DNA from: a bacterium
Lineage (GTDB): Bacteria > Acidobacteriota > Thermoanaerobaculia > Multivoradales > JAHEKO01
Length of the DNA: 64,000 bases
NCBI GenBank assembly: GCA_024224155.1
Contig: JAAENP010000114.1
Coordinates: 2,014 to 66,013, forward strand
Direction: 5' to 3'
The notes under the pieces were generated by a model. It worked only from the letters and a program-made list of their open reading frames with translations, had not been told where the DNA came from and searched no databases. Positions 55,242 to 64,000 of this stretch are shown in pieces (the stretch's first letter is position 1; each line of letters opens with the position of its first letter). A program made the translations under genes and the position numbers.

Positions 55242-56354
55242 TTGACGCCCGTGAGTCCGGAGCGCCAAACTCGGACGCCAGTGACAGATTCGCTTCCATC
55301 GCCTCGGGAGATCGCGGCCGCTCTCGAGCGCAAAGTGTTCGGCCAGCAGACCGCCGTGCGCGAGATCGCGGTCGCGATCTCCAAGAAGCTCGCCGGCCTT
55401 CCCGCGGGCAACGTGCTTCTGATCGGCGCCTCGGGCTCGGGCAAGACGACCGTGATGCGCGCCGTGGAGTCCTTCCTGGCCTCCGACCCCAAGCTCGCCC
55501 AACGCTCGACGCAGATTCGGGTTCACGCCAACATCCTGGCCCAGGAAGCCGACGAAGGCGCCCCCGGAGAGCGCTTGTTGCACCGGCTGATGGCGCGAGC
55601 TCAGGAGCAACTGGGAGCCGGCGCCTCGGTGGCCGGGCTTCTCGATCGGGTCGCCCACGGCATCGTCTTCGTGGACGAGGTCGACAAGATCCGGGCTCGA
55701 ATCGGCGAGGACCCTCACGTTCCGGGAATCCGGGCGCAGGAGGCGCTACTGACGATCATGGAGAACGAGCGCTTGCCGCTCGAGCTGCCGTCCTCGACCG
55801 GCGGTGGCCGAGCCTTTCTCGACACGCGCGGCATTCTGTTCGTCGCCGCGGGCGCCTTTGAGGGACTCTACGACGCCGTCTACGACCGGGTCACGGTGGG
55901 CCAGGATCGAGGAGCACTGCAATCCGTCACCGTGCTCGGCGCGGAGGATGTGCGCGAGGAGACTCCATTCTCGCTGCGTGACTGGCTTCGCAGCCAGGAT
56001 CTCTTCGACTATGGGATGTCTCCGCAGTTTCTGTCGCGGTTCGACGGAGTCGTCCTGCTCGAAGACCTGAACGAAGGCGACCTGCTGAAGATCTTCCTGG
56101 GTGCGCCCGACTCCGGACTCCAGAACGCCAAGCAGTTCTTCGCACAGTTCGGCATCGAGCTGGTGCTCTCACCCGAAGCCGCGCGGGAGATCGCGGCCAG
56201 GGCCGCCGGCCAGCCCCGACTGGGGGCCCGCGCGCTCAAAGAGGTTTTCCGCCGAGTGATTCGCGACTATGAGTTCGAGCCGACCGAGCGAGCGAAGGAC
56301 GGCGCCCTGGTGGTCGATCTGGCCGAGGTGACAGAAGCGCTGGCCAGAACCTGA
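55242..56354 (+). CDS. ClpX/HslU-like AAA+ ATPase lacking the zinc-binding domain and the canonical pore loop
   Basis: LPSPREIAAALERKVFGQQTAV, Walker A GASGSGKT, Walker B IVFVDEVDKI, ILFVAAGAF, SPQFLSRFDG and GARALKEVF parallel ClpX. The GYVG pore-1 position reads ADEGAPGE. The start (TTG 55242 or a nearby GTG) is uncertain. Confidence 0.75.
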   Translation: MTPVSPERQTRTPVTDSLPSPREIAAALERKVFGQQTAVREIAVAISKKLAGLPAGNVLLIGASGSGKTTVMRAVESFLASDPKLAQRSTQIRVHANILAQEADEGAPGERLLHRLMARAQEQLGAGASVAGLLDRVAHGIVFVDEVDKIRARIGEDPHVPGIRAQEALLTIMENERLPLELPSSTGGGRAFLDTRGILFVAAGAFEGLYDAVYDRVTVGQDRGALQSVTVLGAEDVREETPFSLRDWLRSQDLFDYGMSPQFLSRFDGVVLLEDLNEGDLLKIFLGAPDSGLQNAKQFFAQFGIELVLSPEAAREIAARAAGQPRLGARALKEVFRRVIRDYEFEPTERAKDGALVVDLAEVTEALART

Positions 56355-56558
56355 GGAGACCATCGTCCAGACTCCGAAGGACAACTCGGACCTGGAGCTG
56401 GTCGACCGTGCAAAGTCACCGCTACGATGACTCCGGCGATCTGCGGCTGGAGGCCGGCCGTGTGCGCCTCGGAGCGAGCCTCTCTGCGCTCCCGGAGAGA
56501 CCGCACCGGTGGCCTCTATCGTTTTGTGTAGATCGAAGAATCGTGGGTGACGAGAAGA

Positions 56559-56594
56559 CGGTCGAGACCCTTCGCTTCGCTCGAGGGCAAGCGG
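56559..56594 (+). repeat. Intergenic repeat family B, copy 2 (36-nt core)
   Basis: Identical to 3313-3348. The surrounding 56355-56638 spacer also carries fragments resembling family A (TCCGAAGGACAACTCGGACCTGG vs TCCGAAAGGACGACTCGGAGACC at 49558). Confidence 0.85.
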
Positions 56595-56638
56595 AGGTCG
56601 ACCGCTACATTTCGAGGCCGCCGATCCACAAACGTCGG

Positions 56639-58402
56639 CTAGAGCGCTGTTACCCGGACGACCTCCTGGTAGGAGGTGGCGCCGCCGGAGAGCTTGCGCA
56701 GCGCCGACTGGCGCAGGGAGCGCATCCCGTTCTTGATCGCTTCCCGCTTGATGCGGGCGGCATCGGCGCCCTCGAGAATCAGCGCCTGAATCGCATCGTC
56801 GACCGGTAGCACCTCGAAAATGGCCGTGCGCCCAAAGTGTCCCGTGCCACGGCACTCCGCGCAGCCGTCACCGATTCTGACCTGAACCCGTTTACCCTCG
56901 GGAACGGCCAGGCGCAGAGTCTTGGTCTCGAGCGGGCTCAGCAGGTGCTCGGTCGAGCAGTGCGGACAGATCTTGCGCACAAGGCGCTGCGCGACGACGC
57001 CGATCACGGTCGAAGAAATCAAGTACGGCTCGACCTCGAGATCCGCCAGCCGGGTGATCGAGGCCGCGGCGTCGTTCGTATGCAAAGTCGAAAACACCAG
57101 GTGCCCGGTCAACGCCGCTTGCACCGCGTACTGGGCGGTCTCGGCGTCGCGAATCTCACCGACCATGATGACGTCCGGATCCTGACGCAGAATGTGGCGC
57201 AGCGCCGTGGCAAACCCGATTCCGGCTCGGCGCTGGACCGCCGTCTGGTTGAGCTCTTCGTCGACCATCTCGATCGGATCCTCGATCGTGGTCACGTTGA
57301 GCTCGCGGCTGGCGACCGTCTTGAGCGCCGAATAGAGGGTGGTGGTCTTGCCCGAGCCGGTAGGCCCCGTGACCAGCACAATGCCGTGAGGGCGGGTGAT
57401 GAAGTCGTTGAAATGGTCGAGCTCGTCGGCGAAGAACCCGAGGTTGTTCAGATCTTGGCTCAGAACCTCGGGATCGAAAATACGCAACACGACCTTCTCG
57501 CCGAAGGCCACGGGCAAGGTCGATGCGCGCAGCTCGATCTCGAGACCGCCGCGAGACGTCTTGACGCGGCCGTCCTGCGGCCGCCGCTTTTCCGCAATGT
57601 CGAGCCTGGACATCGTTTTGATCCGGTTGACCACGGCCTTGTGCACCACTTTCGGAATCGTCTGAATGTCGTGCAAAACGCCGTCGATCCGGAAACGGAT
57701 GAGCGAGACGTCGCGCTTGGGCTCGAGATGAATGTCGCTGGCCCGCGTGTCGTAGGCGTGCTGCAGCATGAACTCGACGGCATTGACCACGTGCTTGTCG
57801 CTCGACTCGATCTCGGCCGAGCTGCGCATCTTGACCAGCTGCTCCAGATTGCCGAGATCGAAGCCCGCCTCGAGGTCGTCCTCGGCCCGCTTGACCGAGT
57901 GCCGCAACCCGTAGAACTCATTGATCGCGCGCAGAATCTCGCGCTCCGAGGCCACCTTGATCTCGAGCTCGCGGCCCACGATCCTTCGATAGGAATCGAT
58001 CGCCTCGATGTCGTAAGGATCGGCGCAGGCCACCTGAAGACGACCCTTCGATAAACCCAGGGGCAGCATGCGATGACGCTTGGCAAACGGGCGCGACATT
58101 CGCGCTTCGATGAAATCGGCGTTCAACTTGAGCGGATCGATGCGCACGAACTCGACGCCGGCGTCACTTGCGATGGCGCGCGCGATATCCATCTCGCCGA
58201 TGGTCCGCTCCGGGTGCTCCCGGCTCGGAAAGCTCAAGTGCTCGATGACGTCGTAGGCCGGCGTCTGCTGCTCGAAGGCGCGCGGGTTGCCAGGGCGTGC
58301 CGGTAGCAGCTTCGCCTCACGGCGGGCCTCTTTGCCCTGCTCGTCACTCAGAACGCCCTGGCGCACCAGGATCTCGGTTACCAGGTCCGGACTCAGCGTC
58401 AT
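56639..58402 (-). CDS. GspE/PilB family type II secretion / type IV pilus assembly ATPase
   Basis: T2SSE N-terminal domain, Walker A GPTGSGKTTTLYSAL, Asp/His boxes and a tetracysteine CPHC...CAEC motif. ATG 58402 is preferred over the track TTG at 58420. Confidence 0.88.
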   Translation of the reverse strand: MTLSPDLVTEILVRQGVLSDEQGKEARREAKLLPARPGNPRAFEQQTPAYDVIEHLSFPSREHPERTIGEMDIARAIASDAGVEFVRIDPLKLNADFIEARMSRPFAKRHRMLPLGLSKGRLQVACADPYDIEAIDSYRRIVGRELEIKVASEREILRAINEFYGLRHSVKRAEDDLEAGFDLGNLEQLVKMRSSAEIESSDKHVVNAVEFMLQHAYDTRASDIHLEPKRDVSLIRFRIDGVLHDIQTIPKVVHKAVVNRIKTMSRLDIAEKRRPQDGRVKTSRGGLEIELRASTLPVAFGEKVVLRIFDPEVLSQDLNNLGFFADELDHFNDFITRPHGIVLVTGPTGSGKTTTLYSALKTVASRELNVTTIEDPIEMVDEELNQTAVQRRAGIGFATALRHILRQDPDVIMVGEIRDAETAQYAVQAALTGHLVFSTLHTNDAAASITRLADLEVEPYLISSTVIGVVAQRLVRKICPHCSTEHLLSPLETKTLRLAVPEGKRVQVRIGDGCAECRGTGHFGRTAIFEVLPVDDAIQALILEGADAARIKREAIKNGMRSLRQSALRKLSGGATSYQEVVRVTAL

Positions 58403-58442
58403 GGTCTTCCAATCTAGCAAACCCAGGGCGCGAAGGCGCGGC

Positions 58443-59510
58443 TCATCGCGAGCCCAGCGGTTGGCGGCTGGCGGCTTCGAGTGTCGCGGAGTCGCCGCGA
58501 TCGCCGGCGAGAAGGCGCTTGCCGGCGGCGTGGGCGATCATCGCGGCGTTGTCTCCGGAGAGGGCCAGATCCACCAGACGCAAATCCACGCCCTTGGCGC
58601 CGGCCCATTCGGGCAGGCGCCTTCTCAACAACCGGTTGGCCGCCACACCACCCGATACCGCGAGCATGCCGAAAGGCTCCAGCCGGTACAGGCGGTCCAG
58701 ACGATCCACAACCTGGCCGACCGCGGCCTCGCGAAAACCGCTCAAGACCTCGCGAACCTCGGCGATCTGAACCAGGTCATCGAGTGACATTTCGTCGCGA
58801 CCGGCGGTCGCGCGGTCGAGAGCCCGCAGGCTCTCGGTCTTGAGTCCCGAGAAGGAGAAGTCCAGGCTGCCGTCGCTGCAGCGCGCGATCGCGAAGGCCG
58901 AGCCCCCGTCGGGCCAGTCTTCGGCGATCTCGTCCACGAGCGGGCCCTGCGGATACGGCAGGCCGAGACGCTTGCCGACCTTGTCGAATACTTCGCCCAT
59001 GGCGTCGTCTCGGGTCTCGGCCAAGGTCGAGATCTCGCCCCGCAGGACCCGGTAGAGCGCGCTGTGTCCACCCGAAACGACCAGGGCCACAAAGCTTTCA
59101 GGCGGCGTGTCGGCTTCCCGGTCGGCCGATTTCAAGAACGGAGAGTAAAGATGCCCCTCCAGGTGATGGACGCCGTAGAACGGACGCTCGAGGCCGCGCG
59201 CCAGGGCCTTGCCCAGCGACAGGCCGACCAGCAGTGAGCCGATCAGGCCCGGAGCCCGGGTCGCGGCGACCGCGTCCATGGCTTCGAGTCCCCGGTCGGC
59301 CCGGCGCAGGGCTTCGCCGAGCACCGCCGGCCAATTCTTGAGATGCTCGCGCGACGCGATCTCGGGGACCACTCCGCCGTAAGGCCGATGTGCTGCGAGC
59401 TGGCTCGAAACGACCGATGACAGGACCCTGCCGCCGGTATCGACGACCGCACACGCGGTGTCGTCGCACGAGGTCTCGATGCCCAGAATCAGGTCTTGCG
59501 AGCTCCTCAT
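58443..59510 (-). CDS. tsaD: tRNA N6-adenosine threonylcarbamoyltransferase
   Basis: An internal Met at 59510 gives MRSSQDLILGIETSCDDTACAVVD... with HLEGHL and GVAANRLLR. The track start at 59774 is an extension. Confidence 0.92.
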   Translation of the reverse strand: MRSSQDLILGIETSCDDTACAVVDTGGRVLSSVVSSQLAAHRPYGGVVPEIASREHLKNWPAVLGEALRRADRGLEAMDAVAATRAPGLIGSLLVGLSLGKALARGLERPFYGVHHLEGHLYSPFLKSADREADTPPESFVALVVSGGHSALYRVLRGEISTLAETRDDAMGEVFDKVGKRLGLPYPQGPLVDEIAEDWPDGGSAFAIARCSDGSLDFSFSGLKTESLRALDRATAGRDEMSLDDLVQIAEVREVLSGFREAAVGQVVDRLDRLYRLEPFGMLAVSGGVAANRLLRRRLPEWAGAKGVDLRLVDLALSGDNAAMIAHAAGKRLLAGDRGDSATLEAASRQPLGSR

Positions 59511-59534
59511 CGCAATCGGATTGTAGCTCTGCCT

Positions 59535-59543
59535 TGATAGAAT
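59535..59543 (+). promoter_or_regulatory. Possible extended -10 element for the gap operon
   Basis: TGATAGAAT (TGn + TAGAAT) lies 29 nt upstream of the gap ATG. There is no convincing -35. Confidence 0.3.
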
Positions 59544-59571
59544 CCCACCTCGCCTCGGAAGCCCACCTGCC

Positions 59572-60588
59572 ATGCCATTACCCTTTGCCATCAATGGCCT
59601 TGGCCGCATCGGGCGCGCGTTGCTGCGGATCGCAACCGAACGCGAGACTCTCGAGCTCGTCGCCGCCAACGATCTCGCTCCCGCCGACCGGCTCGCTCGC
59701 CTCGTAGCTCGTGACTCGCTCCACGGTGTTCTCGAGGGCACCGTCTCGGCGCGCGAAGGAGCGATCGACATCAACGGTCACGCGATCCGAGTTTTCGGAC
59801 AAGCTGAGCCTGCGAGAATTCCGTGGCAGGACACCGACGCCCGGGTTGTGGTCGACGCGACCGGCAAGTGTTTGACGCGCGAATGCGCCGAGTTGCACCG
59901 GCGCGGCAAGGTGCAGAAAGTGGTCGTGTCGGCCAACGCCAGGGGCATGGATCTGACCCTCTGCCGTGCGGTCAACGACGGCGACTACGACCCCGAGCGG
60001 CACCGCCTTCTGAGCGGCGCCTCGTGCACGACCAACTGTCTCGCCCCGATCGCGCATCTGCTGCATAGAGAGTTCGGTCTCCAGCACGCGATGATGAACA
60101 CGGTGCACAGCTACAACAACGACCAACGGCTACTCGAATCGGCGCATGCCGACCCGCGGCGCGCGCGGGCCGCGGCGCTCAATATGATCCCGACCTCGAC
60201 CAGCGCCGTCGACGCTCTGGGCCGCATCCTTCCCGAGCTCGCCGGGCGCATCGAGGGCTTTGCGGTTCGAGTGCCCACACCCAACGTGTCGCTGATCGAT
60301 CTGGTCGCCGAGCTGAATCGGAGCCCCTCGGTTGCGGAGGTCAACCGGCTCTTCGAAACCGCCGCCGAAGGCGAGCTGGCCGGAGTTCTGGCGACGACCA
60401 AGGACGAGCTGGTCTCCTCCGACTTCATGGGTGATCCTCATTCGGCCATCGTGGACCTACCGTTGACGCGACGCGTGGGGCAGAATGGCAAAGGCGGGCT
60501 CTACCGAGTCGTCGCCTGGTACGACAACGAGTGGGGACACGCCTCCCGCTTGGCGGATATTCTCGAGCTCATCGCAGAGCGCGGCTAA
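59572..60588 (+). CDS. gap: Type I glyceraldehyde-3-phosphate dehydrogenase
   Basis: INGLGRIGR and SGASCTTNCLAP (catalytic Cys), WYDNEWG, 338 aa. Confidence 0.95.
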   Translation: MPLPFAINGLGRIGRALLRIATERETLELVAANDLAPADRLARLVARDSLHGVLEGTVSAREGAIDINGHAIRVFGQAEPARIPWQDTDARVVVDATGKCLTRECAELHRRGKVQKVVVSANARGMDLTLCRAVNDGDYDPERHRLLSGASCTTNCLAPIAHLLHREFGLQHAMMNTVHSYNNDQRLLESAHADPRRARAAALNMIPTSTSAVDALGRILPELAGRIEGFAVRVPTPNVSLIDLVAELNRSPSVAEVNRLFETAAEGELAGVLATTKDELVSSDFMGDPHSAIVDLPLTRRVGQNGKGGLYRVVAWYDNEWGHASRLADILELIAERG

Positions 60589-60607
60589 CCGCGAGCTCTC
60601 AAATACC

Positions 60608-61795
60608 ATGTCTAGACTAAGAACACTTGACGACCTCGGACCGATCGCCGGTCGCGTAGCCCTGGTTCGGGTCGACTTCAACGTTCCGTTGGCCGACGGC
60701 CTGGTCGCCGACGATACCCGGATTCGTGCGGCTCTGCCGACTTTGACCGAGCTGCGCGAGCGCGGCGCGCGTCTGGTACTGATGTCGCACTGCGGCCGCC
60801 CGAAGGGCGAGCGTGACCCCGCTTTGAGCCTGGAGCCGGTCGCGCGCCATCTGGCCGGCATTCTGGACACTCCGGTGTCGTTCGCGCACGAACCGACGGG
60901 GGCCGATGCAGCCGAAACCGTGGGCGCGCTTCCCGATGGCGGTGTTGCGATGCTCGAGAACCTCCGTTTCTCGGCCGGAGAAAAGTCGAACGATCCCGCC
61001 TTCGCGGCCGCGCTCGCAGCGCTCGGCGATATCTACGTCAACGATGCCTTCGGCACCGCCCACCGCGCTCACGCCTCGGTGGTCGGCGTCGCCGAGCACT
61101 TCGAACAGCGCGCCGCCGGGCGGCTGCTGGAGCTCGAGATCCGCGCCCTGAGCGGCCTGCTCGAGAGTCCGCGCCGACCCTTCGTCGGCATCGTCGGTGG
61201 CGCCAAGATCGAGGGCAAGATCGAGACCCTGGTCAACCTGCTGCCCGCGCTCGACGCCCTGGCGGTCGGCGGCGGCATGGCCAACACCTTTCTGACCGCG
61301 CAGGGATTCAACCTCGCCCGATCCCTGGTGGAGCACGAGCGCCTCGACCTGGCGCACGACCTGATCGAGCAGGCCGAAGCATCGGGCACCGATCTGCTGC
61401 TGCCACCCGACTTGGTGGTCACGGATGACCTCGAGACCCCGCGCCGCATCGAAACGGTGGTGCCCAACGAGGTTCCGGAGAAAACCCTGGCGGTCGATAT
61501 CGGACCCGACGCTCGCACCGCGATCGGCGACCTGGTCGCGACCGCGGGCACGGTATTCTGGAACGGCCCTCTCGGCGTCTTCGAGACACCACCCGTTGAC
61601 GCCGGCACGCTCGCCGCCGCATATGCTCTCGGCGCTTGTCCGGGCTGGACGGTCATCGGAGGTGGCGAGACCGTGGCCGCCGCCCACCGCGCCGGCGTCA
61701 TCGGCGAACTCGGCCATGTTTCGACCGGAGGCGGAGCCTCACTCGAGCTGCTCGCCGGCAAGCAACTACCCGGAGTCGCCGTCCTGAAGGACTAG
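60608..61795 (+). CDS. pgk: Phosphoglycerate kinase
   Basis: An ATG at 60608 gives MSRLRTLDDL..RVDFNVPL, with SHCGRPKG and GGGASLELL. The track start at 60485 is an extension. Confidence 0.95.
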   Translation: MSRLRTLDDLGPIAGRVALVRVDFNVPLADGLVADDTRIRAALPTLTELRERGARLVLMSHCGRPKGERDPALSLEPVARHLAGILDTPVSFAHEPTGADAAETVGALPDGGVAMLENLRFSAGEKSNDPAFAAALAALGDIYVNDAFGTAHRAHASVVGVAEHFEQRAAGRLLELEIRALSGLLESPRRPFVGIVGGAKIEGKIETLVNLLPALDALAVGGGMANTFLTAQGFNLARSLVEHERLDLAHDLIEQAEASGTDLLLPPDLVVTDDLETPRRIETVVPNEVPEKTLAVDIGPDARTAIGDLVATAGTVFWNGPLGVFETPPVDAGTLAAAYALGACPGWTVIGGGETVAAAHRAGVIGELGHVSTGGGASLELLAGKQLPGVAVLKD

Positions 61796-61821
61796 CGCCC
61801 CGACAAGAGGAGACCACGAGA

Positions 61822-62577
61822 ATGAGCACAGTTCAGCGCCGGCCTCTCTTCGGGGGCAACTGGAAGATGCACAAGGTGACGGCGGAAGCCGCGACCTACT
61901 GCGAGGAGCTCCCCGGCCTCCTCGGCGAGATTTCGGGGGAGGTCGTGATATTCCCGTCGCCACCGCTGTTGCCCGCCGTCAGCGCCGCCCTCAGAGACAG
62001 CTTGATCGCCGTCGGTGGACAAGACGTTCATCCCGAGTCATCGGGAGCTTTCACGGGCGACGTTGCCGCCGCCCAGCTCCTCGGCGCCGGTTGTCGATGG
62101 GCCCTGTGCGGCCATAGCGAACGCCGGCGAGACCACGGCGAGACCGACGAACTGGTCGCCGCCAAGGCCCAGGCGGCCGTGTCCAGCGGTCTTTCAGCAT
62201 TGATCTGCATTGGAGAGAGCGAAGAAGAGCGCGAATCGGGCCGCGCGTTCGAGGTGCTGGAAAGACAGCTCTCCGGGGCCATCTCCGGACGGCCCGAGCC
62301 TTTTGCCCTCGCCTACGAGCCGGTCTGGGCCATCGGCACCGGCAAGACCGCGACCCCGGAGATCGCACAGGAGACTCACGCCTTTCTCCGGGAAGCGCTG
62401 TCGGATCTGATCGGTCAGGCGGCCGCGGCGAGCAAGAGAATCCTCTACGGAGGCTCGGTCAACCCCGAGAACGCCGGCTCGCTGTTCGCCCAAGGCGACA
62501 TCGACGGCTTCCTGGTGGGCGGGGCAAGCCTTGACCCAGGCCAATTCTCGGCTATCATCCACTGTTGCGGTTCGTAA
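61822..62577 (+). CDS. tpiA: Triose-phosphate isomerase
   Basis: An ATG at 61822 gives MSTVQRRPLFGGNWKMH, with CGHSERR, YEPVWAIGTG and GGASL. Confidence 0.95.
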   Translation: MSTVQRRPLFGGNWKMHKVTAEAATYCEELPGLLGEISGEVVIFPSPPLLPAVSAALRDSLIAVGGQDVHPESSGAFTGDVAAAQLLGAGCRWALCGHSERRRDHGETDELVAAKAQAAVSSGLSALICIGESEEERESGRAFEVLERQLSGAISGRPEPFALAYEPVWAIGTGKTATPEIAQETHAFLREALSDLIGQAAAASKRILYGGSVNPENAGSLFAQGDIDGFLVGGASLDPGQFSAIIHCCGS

Positions 62578-62600
62578 GCGCCGCTCCAGGAAGGACTTCT

Positions 62601-63065
62601 ATGCTCTACATCATCTATGCGATTCACGTCGTCATCTGCCTCTTCTTGATCATGGTCGTGCTGCTTCAACAGGGCAGCGGCGCCGATCTTTCGGTTTTCG
62701 GCGGGGGCGGAACCCAAACGGCTTTCGGCGCTCGCAGCGCCACCAGTCTCTTGCACAAGCTGACGGTGGCCGGTTTTGTCGGCTTTATTCTGACCACGAT
62801 TGCCTTCGGTTTCTTGAAGACCGGCGGCGGTAGCGGCGGATCGGTCATGAGCGAGGTCGAGCAGGCGGTTGCATCGGAAGCCGCGGAAGCCACAGAAACG
62901 GAAGAAGCCGCGGAGACCGAGCCGGGAGACACGGCAGCGCCGGTCGCGGTCGAGGACTCCGGCTCTGAGGAGGAAACGGCCACCAGTGAGGATGCGTCCG
63001 CGCCCAGCGACGGCGCCGATGACACCGGCGAGACAACGGACCCGGAAACACCCGACGGTCCTTGA
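62601..63065 (+). CDS. secG: Preprotein translocase subunit SecG with an extended acidic C-terminal tail
   Basis: MLYIIYAIHVVICLFLIMVVLLQQGSGADLSVFGGGG..FGARS...TVAGFVGFILTTIAF is the SecG core. It is followed by about 80 residues rich in E/D/T/A. Confidence 0.88.
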   Translation: MLYIIYAIHVVICLFLIMVVLLQQGSGADLSVFGGGGTQTAFGARSATSLLHKLTVAGFVGFILTTIAFGFLKTGGGSGGSVMSEVEQAVASEAAEATETEEAAETEPGDTAAPVAVEDSGSEEETATSEDASAPSDGADDTGETTDPETPDGP

Positions 63066-63081
63066 TAGAATTGATAAGCAC

Positions 63082-63166
63082 GCCGAAGTGGCGGAACTGG
63101 TAGACGCGCACGGTTGAGGGCCGTGTGGGGCAACCCGTGCCGGTTCGACTCCGGCCTTCGGCACCA
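63082..63166 (+). tRNA. tRNA-Leu (anticodon GAG), type II with a long variable arm and encoded CCA
   Basis: Acceptor GCCGAAG/CTTCGGC, anticodon arm CACGG-TTGAGGG-CCGTG, variable arm GTGGGGCAACCCGTG, T-arm CCGGTTCGACTCCGG, then ACCA. The position after secG is a common arrangement. Confidence 0.9.
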
Positions 63167-63176
63167 CGCATTCAAG

Positions 63177-63200
63177 GCGGGCCATTCGGCCCGCTTTTTC
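63177..63200 (+). terminator. Rho-independent terminator after tRNA-Leu
   Basis: GCGGGCC-ATTC-GGCCCGC followed by TTTTTC. Confidence 0.75.
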
Positions 63201-63222
63201 TTACCTCCGAGCTCCGCGATCG

Positions 63223-63999
63223 CTAGTCCAGGTAGCCGAGGGCTCGGAGCTGCTCCTCGAGCTTCGCGTCGATCTCGGCTTCGCCGGCCCGCAGCCAGTA
63301 CGGCTTGGGGCTAAGCGCCTCTTCCAGAAGGGCATCGAGCGCGTCGCTCATGACTGGATGGTCCAGAGCCTGGTCAATCGTCTCGGCGGGATCGCTCTCG
63401 ACATCCAGGAGCCAGGAGCTCTGGCGCTTGACCTGCACCATGAGCTTCCAGTCGTCTCGCAGGGCGGACAGCTGGAGCGGCCCGTAGTAGTTGAGATAGG
63501 CAAACGACGTCGGCGGCGCGGCGGCGGCAGAAACGGCCAGGTCGCGACCTTCGAAGGCCCCCGGCCAGGGCAGGGCGAGCTCGGAGAGGACCGTCGAGGG
63601 AATGTCGATCTGCTGGGCGAGATCGGCTCGACGCTGTCCTTGGCTCTGGCCCGGCCACTTGATGATCAACGGCACGCGAATGCTCTCGGAGAAGAGCTTG
63701 CGGCCGTGGGTCCAGGAGCCGTGCTCCTGGAACTCCTCGCCGTGATCGGAGACAAAGATGACGATCGAATCCCGCCACAGACCCCGAGCCTCCAGGTCGT
63801 CGACAAACAGGCCGAAGCTCTCGTCGTTGTGGGCAATCTCGCCATCGTAGAGATTGACCAGGTCGTCGCGGTAGCCGACGCGCCAGCGCTCTTTCTTCGG
63901 CAGAGCCAGCAGCTCCTCGGTGCCGGGCGCGAAGCGCTCCCGGAATTCCGGCGGTGGATTGTAGGGATCGTGCGGGTCGACGGTGTGAACATAGAGCAA
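63223..63999 (-). CDS. Sulfatase family protein, C-terminal part (N-terminus beyond the window)
   Basis: [38 protein letters not shown] is the typical sulfatase C-terminal core. The frame is open to the window edge. Confidence 0.85.
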   Translation of the reverse strand: MLYVHTVDPHDPYNPPPEFRERFAPGTEELLALPKKERWRVGYRDDLVNLYDGEIAHNDESFGLFVDDLEARGLWRDSIVIFVSDHGEEFQEHGSWTHGRKLFSESIRVPLIIKWPGQSQGQRRADLAQQIDIPSTVLSELALPWPGAFEGRDLAVSAAAAPPTSFAYLNYYGPLQLSALRDDWKLMVQVKRQSSWLLDVESDPAETIDQALDHPVMSDALDALLEEALSPKPYWLRAGEAEIDAKLEEQLRALGYLD

Positions 64000-64000
64000 G

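Noticed and set aside
63082-64000. Genomic island or integrative element at tRNA-Leu
   Set aside because: The tRNA is followed by its own terminator and then an ordinary sulfatase gene. No integrase or direct repeat of the tRNA 3' end was seen in the remaining 0.8 kb of the window.

Overview
High-GC, densely coding chromosomal segment from a diderm bacterium. Lipoprotein lipoboxes, a TolB-like propeller and a PilB-type ATPase support the diderm call; the taxon cannot be determined from the sequence alone. I saw no rRNA, CRISPR array, transposase, integrase or phage genes. All family assignments rest on motifs I recognised by eye in the translations, not on database searches.

Housekeeping anchors: hemW (partial), lepA, arfB, moaB, mscL, xthA, tsaD, and gap-pgk-tpiA-secG-tRNA-Leu(GAG).

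Accessory content:
1. A coxG-S-L-M type molybdenum hydroxylase operon with xdhC (split into two ORFs) and mocA.
2. A second, tightly packed six-gene operon. It encodes only the FAD and 2Fe-2S subunits of a Mo hydroxylase, plus an amidase, FdrA-like, DUF1116/YlbE-like and tandem-cyclase proteins. An orphan large subunit lies about 2.4 kb beyond the operon's last gene (about 8.4 kb from the 2Fe-2S subunit gene), co-transcribed with an M49-like peptidase lipoprotein and followed by two PQQ-like propeller lipoproteins.
3. A selenium signal: an FAD-oxidoreductase::SelD fusion, and an OsmC-family gene interrupted by one in-frame TGA at the catalytic Cys position, followed by a SECIS-like hairpin.
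4. An unusually rich set of exported hydrolases: three M28 peptidases, M16, M49-like, two EEP nucleases (one fused to a phytase-like domain), a subclass B1-like metallo-beta-lactamase and a sulfatase.
5. At least two families of intergenic repeats that generate the Arg/Pro-rich pseudo-ORFs in the track. One is a roughly 160-175 bp MITE-like element with terminal inverted repeats (3 copies). The other is a 36-nt exact repeat (2 copies). There is also a 242-bp segment bounded by a perfect 20-bp inverted repeat.

The strongest candidates for something new are the UGA-containing OsmC gene and the large-subunit-less Mo-hydroxylase/FdrA/DUF1116/cyclase operon.
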